Shown: one piece after another, positions 59,571-64,000 of the stretch
How positions within the stretch are numbered: position 1 is the first letter of the stretch
Layout: each line of letters opens with the position of its first letter
NCBI RefSeq assembly: GCF_044704955.1
Contig: NC_091982.1
Span: forward strand, 68,138,001-68,202,000
DNA: 64,000 nt
Reading direction: 5' to 3'
Source of the DNA: Pristiophorus japonicus
Taxonomy: Eukaryota
Notes under the pieces: generated by a model
Databases searched by the model: none
What the model was told of the DNA's origin: nothing
Seen by the model: only the letters and a program-made list of their open reading frames with translations
Made by a program: the position numbers and the translations under genes

Positions 59571-61685
59571 TGAAACATAGAAACATAGAAATATACAGTG
59601 CAGAAGGAGGCCATTTCGGCCCATCGTGTTCGCGCCGGCCGACAAAGAGCCGCACGGCCCTCGGTCAGCAGCCCTGAAGGTTACATATAAACCTATGAAC
59701 AATGAACAATGGCGGAAAGGTAAAGAGTATCTGGCCCAACCAGTCCGTCCCACAAAACTGCAACATCCCATGCATCACAACCTTCTACACTTCAACCCGA
59801 CTGGAGCCATGTGATCTTCTGGGAGAGGCAAAAAAACATAAAAACCCAAGCCAATTGGGGAAAAAATCTGGGAAAATTCCTCTCTGATGCATCCAGGTGA
59901 TCGAAACTAGTCCAGGAGATCACCCTGGCCGTATTCGATTCCCTTCAGTACTTACCATCATATCTGCGCCAGGCAACAAGAGGTTATCCAGTCTAATCCC
60001 ACTGACCAGCTCTCGATCCGTAAGCACCTTTTAAATGTGGTGAGGGTTTCTGCATCCACCACCCTTCCAGGCAGTGAGTTCCAGATCCCCACAACCCTCT
60101 GCATGAAAAAGCTTCCCCTCAAATCCCCTCTGAACTTTCCACTAATCACTTTAAACCTATGCCCCCTCGTAATTGACCCCTCCACCAAGGGAAATAGACC
60201 CTTCCTATCCACTATATCCAGGCCCCTTAAAATTTTATACCCCTCAATGAGGTCTCTTCTCAGCATCCTCTGTTCCAATGAGAACAAACCCAGCCTATCC
60301 AATCTGTCCTCATAGCTAAGATTCTCCATTCCAGGCAGCATTCTAGTAAATTTCCTCTGCACCCTCTCTGGTGCAATCATGTCCTTCCTATAATACAGTG
60401 ACCAGAACTGCACGCAGTATTCCAGCTATGGCCTAACCAAAGTATTATACAATTTAAGCATAACCTCCCTGCTCTTATATTCTATGCCTCGGCCAATAAA
60501 GGCAAGCATTCCATATGCCTTCTTAACCACCTTATCCACCTGGCCTGCTACTTTCAGGGATCTGTGGACAAACACTCCAAGGTCCTTTTGTTCATCTACA
60601 CTTCTAAGTGGCCTACGGCTTAATGTGTATAACCTTTCCTTATTAGCCCTCCCCAAGTGCATTACCTAACACTTCTCTGAATTAAATTCCATTTGACACT
60701 GTTCTGCCCACCTGACCAGTAGATTGATATCTTCCTGCAGTTCATGACTTTCCTCTTCATTATCAATCACACAGCCAATTTTAGTTTCATCTGCAAACTT
60801 CTTAATCATACTCCCTATATTCAAATCTAGAAAATTGATGTATACCAAAAAAGCAAGGGACCTAGTACTGAGCCCTGCGGAACCCCACTGGAAACATCCT
60901 TCCAGTCACAGAAACATCCATCAACCATTACCCTTTGTTTCCTACCTCTAAGCCAATTTTGGATCCAACTTGCCACTTTGCCCTGGATCCCATGGGCTTT
61001 AACCTTCGTGACCCGTCTACCATGTGGGATCTTTTCAAAAGCTTTGCTAAAGTCCATATACACTACATCATACACACTACCCTCATTGACCCTCCTGGTT
61101 ACCGCCTCGAAAAATTCAATCAGGTTAGTCAAACACGATCTTCCCTTAACAAATCCATACTGACTGTCCCTAATTAATCCTTGCCTTTCTAAGTGTAGAT
61201 TTCAGGATTTTTTCCAATAAATTTCCCACCACTGAGGTTAGGCTGACAGGCCTATAATTACTCGGCCTATCCCTTTCTCCCTTCTTAAACAAGGGTACCA
61301 CATTAGCAGTCCTCCAGTCCTCTGGCACCATGACCAAATCCGAAGAGGACTGGAAATTGATGGTCAAGACATCTGCTATTTCCTCTTTTGCTTCGCTCAA
61401 CGGCCTGGGATGCATTTCATCCGGGCCTGGAGAATTATCGACTTTCAAAGCTGCTAAACCCCTTAATACATTCTCTGTCACTATGTTTATTTCATCCAGA
61501 ATATGATACTCCTCCTACGTTACCCCTTTCCTTTGTGAAAACAGACGCAAAGTATTCATTAAGAATCATACCAACATCTTCCGCCTCGACACAGAAATTA
61601 CCCTCATGGTCTCTAATAGGCCTTACCCTTTCTTTAGTTATCCTCTTACTCTTAATATATTTATTGAACATCTTTGGATTTTCCT
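59571..61685 (-). mobile_element. CR1 LINE with long 3' UTR
   Basis: RT motifs on minus 59958-61680; about 430-bp 3' UTR ending in (CATAGAAA)n. Confidence 0.9.
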
Positions 61686-61784
61686 TCAGGGCTGCTGACC
61701 AAGGGTCGTATGGCTCTTTGTCGGCCGGCGCAGACATGATGGGCCGAAATGGCCTCCTTCTGCACTGTAGATTGCTATGTTTCA

Positions 61785-61975
61785 AATGGCAGTTGATGTT
61801 GGATCAATTGTAAATTTCAATGCTGAGATTGATAGATTTTTGTTAACCAAAGGTACTATGGGATATGGGCCAAAGTCGGGTATATGGAGTTAGGTCGCAG
61901 ATCAGCCATGATCTCATTGAATGGCAGAACAGGCTCGAGGGTCTCAATGGCCTCCTCCTGTTCCGATGTTCCTAT
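61785..61975 (+). mobile_element. CR1 3' end
   Basis: GATCAGCCATGATC...TGGCCTCCTCCTGTTCC tail. Confidence 0.75.
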
Positions 61976-62339
61976 GTGAAAGGAAGGTATTTTTGATGTT
62001 TTGAGATGGTGGACACTCCCAACCACAGCTCAGTGTACTGAAAATGTATTAGTTTGTGTGGAGCTCGGTGTGTGTATCAGCACATGTACACAGAGTTTAC
62101 TCCTCGTCCTGGGGGGGGGGGCAATTCAGGCCGCATAAAGTAGATGCTGCCTACCTCGCATTGGTGCTGCAGCTGCTGAGCTGAGACGAGGAGCTACAAA
62201 ATAAACGTGGGCTTAAAAGCTGCATGTACATTGTGCATGGCTCGTGCAAGTGCTAGCAGTTCTCGATGGGCAGGTCTCACACAGCCAATGCCAACCCCAA
62301 AGTCACCTTTCGGGATTTTCTAAGCTGGCCCCACTAAAA

Positions 62340-62500
62340 ATGGGAAGCTCAATAAGTACAAGAGGGAGAAAGGAATAGAAGGATATGGTGATGGGGTGAG
62401 ATGGAGAGGAGTGGGAGGAGGCTCATGTGGAGCATAAACACCAGCACGGACCCATTGGGCCAAATGGCCTGTTTCTGTGCTGTAAATACTATGTAATTCT
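62340..62500 (+). mobile_element. CR1 3' tail
   Basis: Similar to 49395-49540. Confidence 0.75.
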
Positions 62501-62515
62501 GTGTAATAAACCTTC

Positions 62516-62880
62516 AGTGTGCATCCACGTGCAGTCAACAGCTACCCCACAGTAGACCTGCTCTCCAGGGAGAATTGTGCCAGGAACTTCTCCCAGGGTT
62601 TTTCCGATTGGCCACCATAACTTCACTGGAAGGTCAGCGAGAACCCAATTTCTGCGGCTTATCCACCTGGAATTTCCTTGGGAGGTAAGAGGTGCTCCCG
62701 ATCGGCTGCGAAACTCCAGTGGATACTCTGGATAAGCCACAAAAATTGGAGTTCCCGCTGACCTTCCGGTGAAGTTATGGTGGCCAATCGGGAAAACCCC
62801 AGGGGAAGTTCCTGGCACAAGTCTTCCTGGAGAGGAGGTTTGCTGTGGGATAGCTGGTGACTGCATGTGGGTGCACACTG
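62516..62880. repeat. Inverted repeat, about 135-bp arms
   Basis: 62516-62650 is the reverse complement of about 62745-62880. Confidence 0.88.
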
Positions 62881-62999
62881 GAGGATCCTGCCTTAAAACA
62901 TGCATTTTACATTCCGCAATCTTTTGCGCCGTTCAGTCTATTCCACGCAGATTGCGCTGATATCTGGGCGGAAACCAAATGTAAACTCCAGGCTATATA

Positions 63000-63545
63000 G
63001 AGAACATAGGATAGTACAGCACAGAAGGAGGCCATTCGGCCCATCGAGTCTGCGCTGGCTCTTTGAGGAGCAATCCAGTCAGTCTCACTCCCCCTGCTTT
63101 TTCCCCATATCCCTGCAATTTGTTCTCTTTCACTTATTTATCCCATTCCCTTTTCAAGACTCCTATTGAATCTGTATCCACCACCCTCTCAGGCAGTGCA
63201 TTCCAGATCCTAACCACTCGCTGCGTAAAAAAGTTTTTCCTCACGTCGCCTCTGGTTCTTTTGCTAATCACCTTAAATCTGTGCCCTCTCATAATCGACC
63301 CTTCAGCCATTGGAAAAAGTTTCTCTTTATTTACTCTATCAAAAACCTTCATGATTTTGAACACCTCTGTCAAATCTACTTTTAGCCTTCTCTGCTCCAA
63401 CCCCAGCTTCTCCAGTCTATCCACGTAACCATAATCCCTCATCCCTGGAACCATTCTGGTAAATCTCCTCTGCACCCTCTCCAAAATCTTCACATCCTTC
63501 CTAAAGTGAGGTGTCCGGAATTGGGCACAATACTCCAGCTGGGAC
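63000..63545 (-). mobile_element. CR1 3' fragment
   Basis: LERVQRRFTRM...FFTQRVVRIWNALP. Confidence 0.9.
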
Positions 63546-63704
63546 CGAACTGGTGGGTGTTTTATATATTTATTAACTGTATAAATCTAGGTCTCTGAAT
63601 TATTAGCCCAGTAGCAAAACCACTACATCACCAGACACGCCTGGGAAAGGAGAGAGGGGAAATGATGGCACCTCAGCTTCAAGGTGCAAAATATGAAAAG
63701 CACA

Positions 63705-63877
63705 CACCTCTCATTCTTCTGAATTCCAATGAGTAGAGGCCCAACCTACTCAACCTTTCCTCATAAGTCAACCCCCTCATCCCTGGAATCAATCTAGTGA
63801 ACCTTCTCTGAACTGCCTCCACAGCATGTATATTCTTTCTTAAATATGGAAAGAAAAACTTCACGCAGTATTCCAGT
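63705..63877 (-). mobile_element. CR1 fragment
   Basis: EAVQRRFTRLIPGMRGLTYEERL. Confidence 0.85.
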
Positions 63878-64000
63878 TCCCCTCCCGCTCAACCGCAGCC
63901 AAACATTCAGGCAGCGGGAGACAGAGAGTGCCCTGAGGGCTCACAGCTCTCAATGTGCCTTGGATCTTGAACCAACTGTGCAGTGGCTGGTATCAGTTAG

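Overview
Eukaryotic, repeat-dense vertebrate DNA, very probably from a shark or ray. This is inferred from the repeat repertoire: CR1 LINEs with (CATAGAAA)n/(CATAAGAA)n tails and Deu-domain SacSINE1-like SINEs. The only intact host gene recognised is a two-exon Zic zinc-finger gene (31140-32175 + 33927-34900, +, about 669 aa). Its N-terminus and intron layout point to zic6, and it sits in a transposon-poor island. Upstream (1-30.3 kb) are: the 3' part of a degenerate class III (ERV-L/S-like) endogenous retrovirus with an atypical env and a 3' LTR; three PIF/Harbinger transposons with a 3-exon Myb/SANT gene (one full length, CAG TSD); an RT-less Mag-like Ty3/Gypsy element (GACTC TSD, extended tRNA-Ser PBS); 5'-inverted RTE LINEs; and CR1 LINEs. 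From about 6 kb onward these are nested in one another and in a (TG)nTCAG satellite. Downstream (37-64 kb) is mostly CR1, L2, SINE and Harbinger-MITE debris, plus a histone H2B N-terminal fragment, a long polypyrimidine tract and several local inverted duplications. Family assignments come from remembered motifs, not database searches, and many repeat boundaries are approximate.
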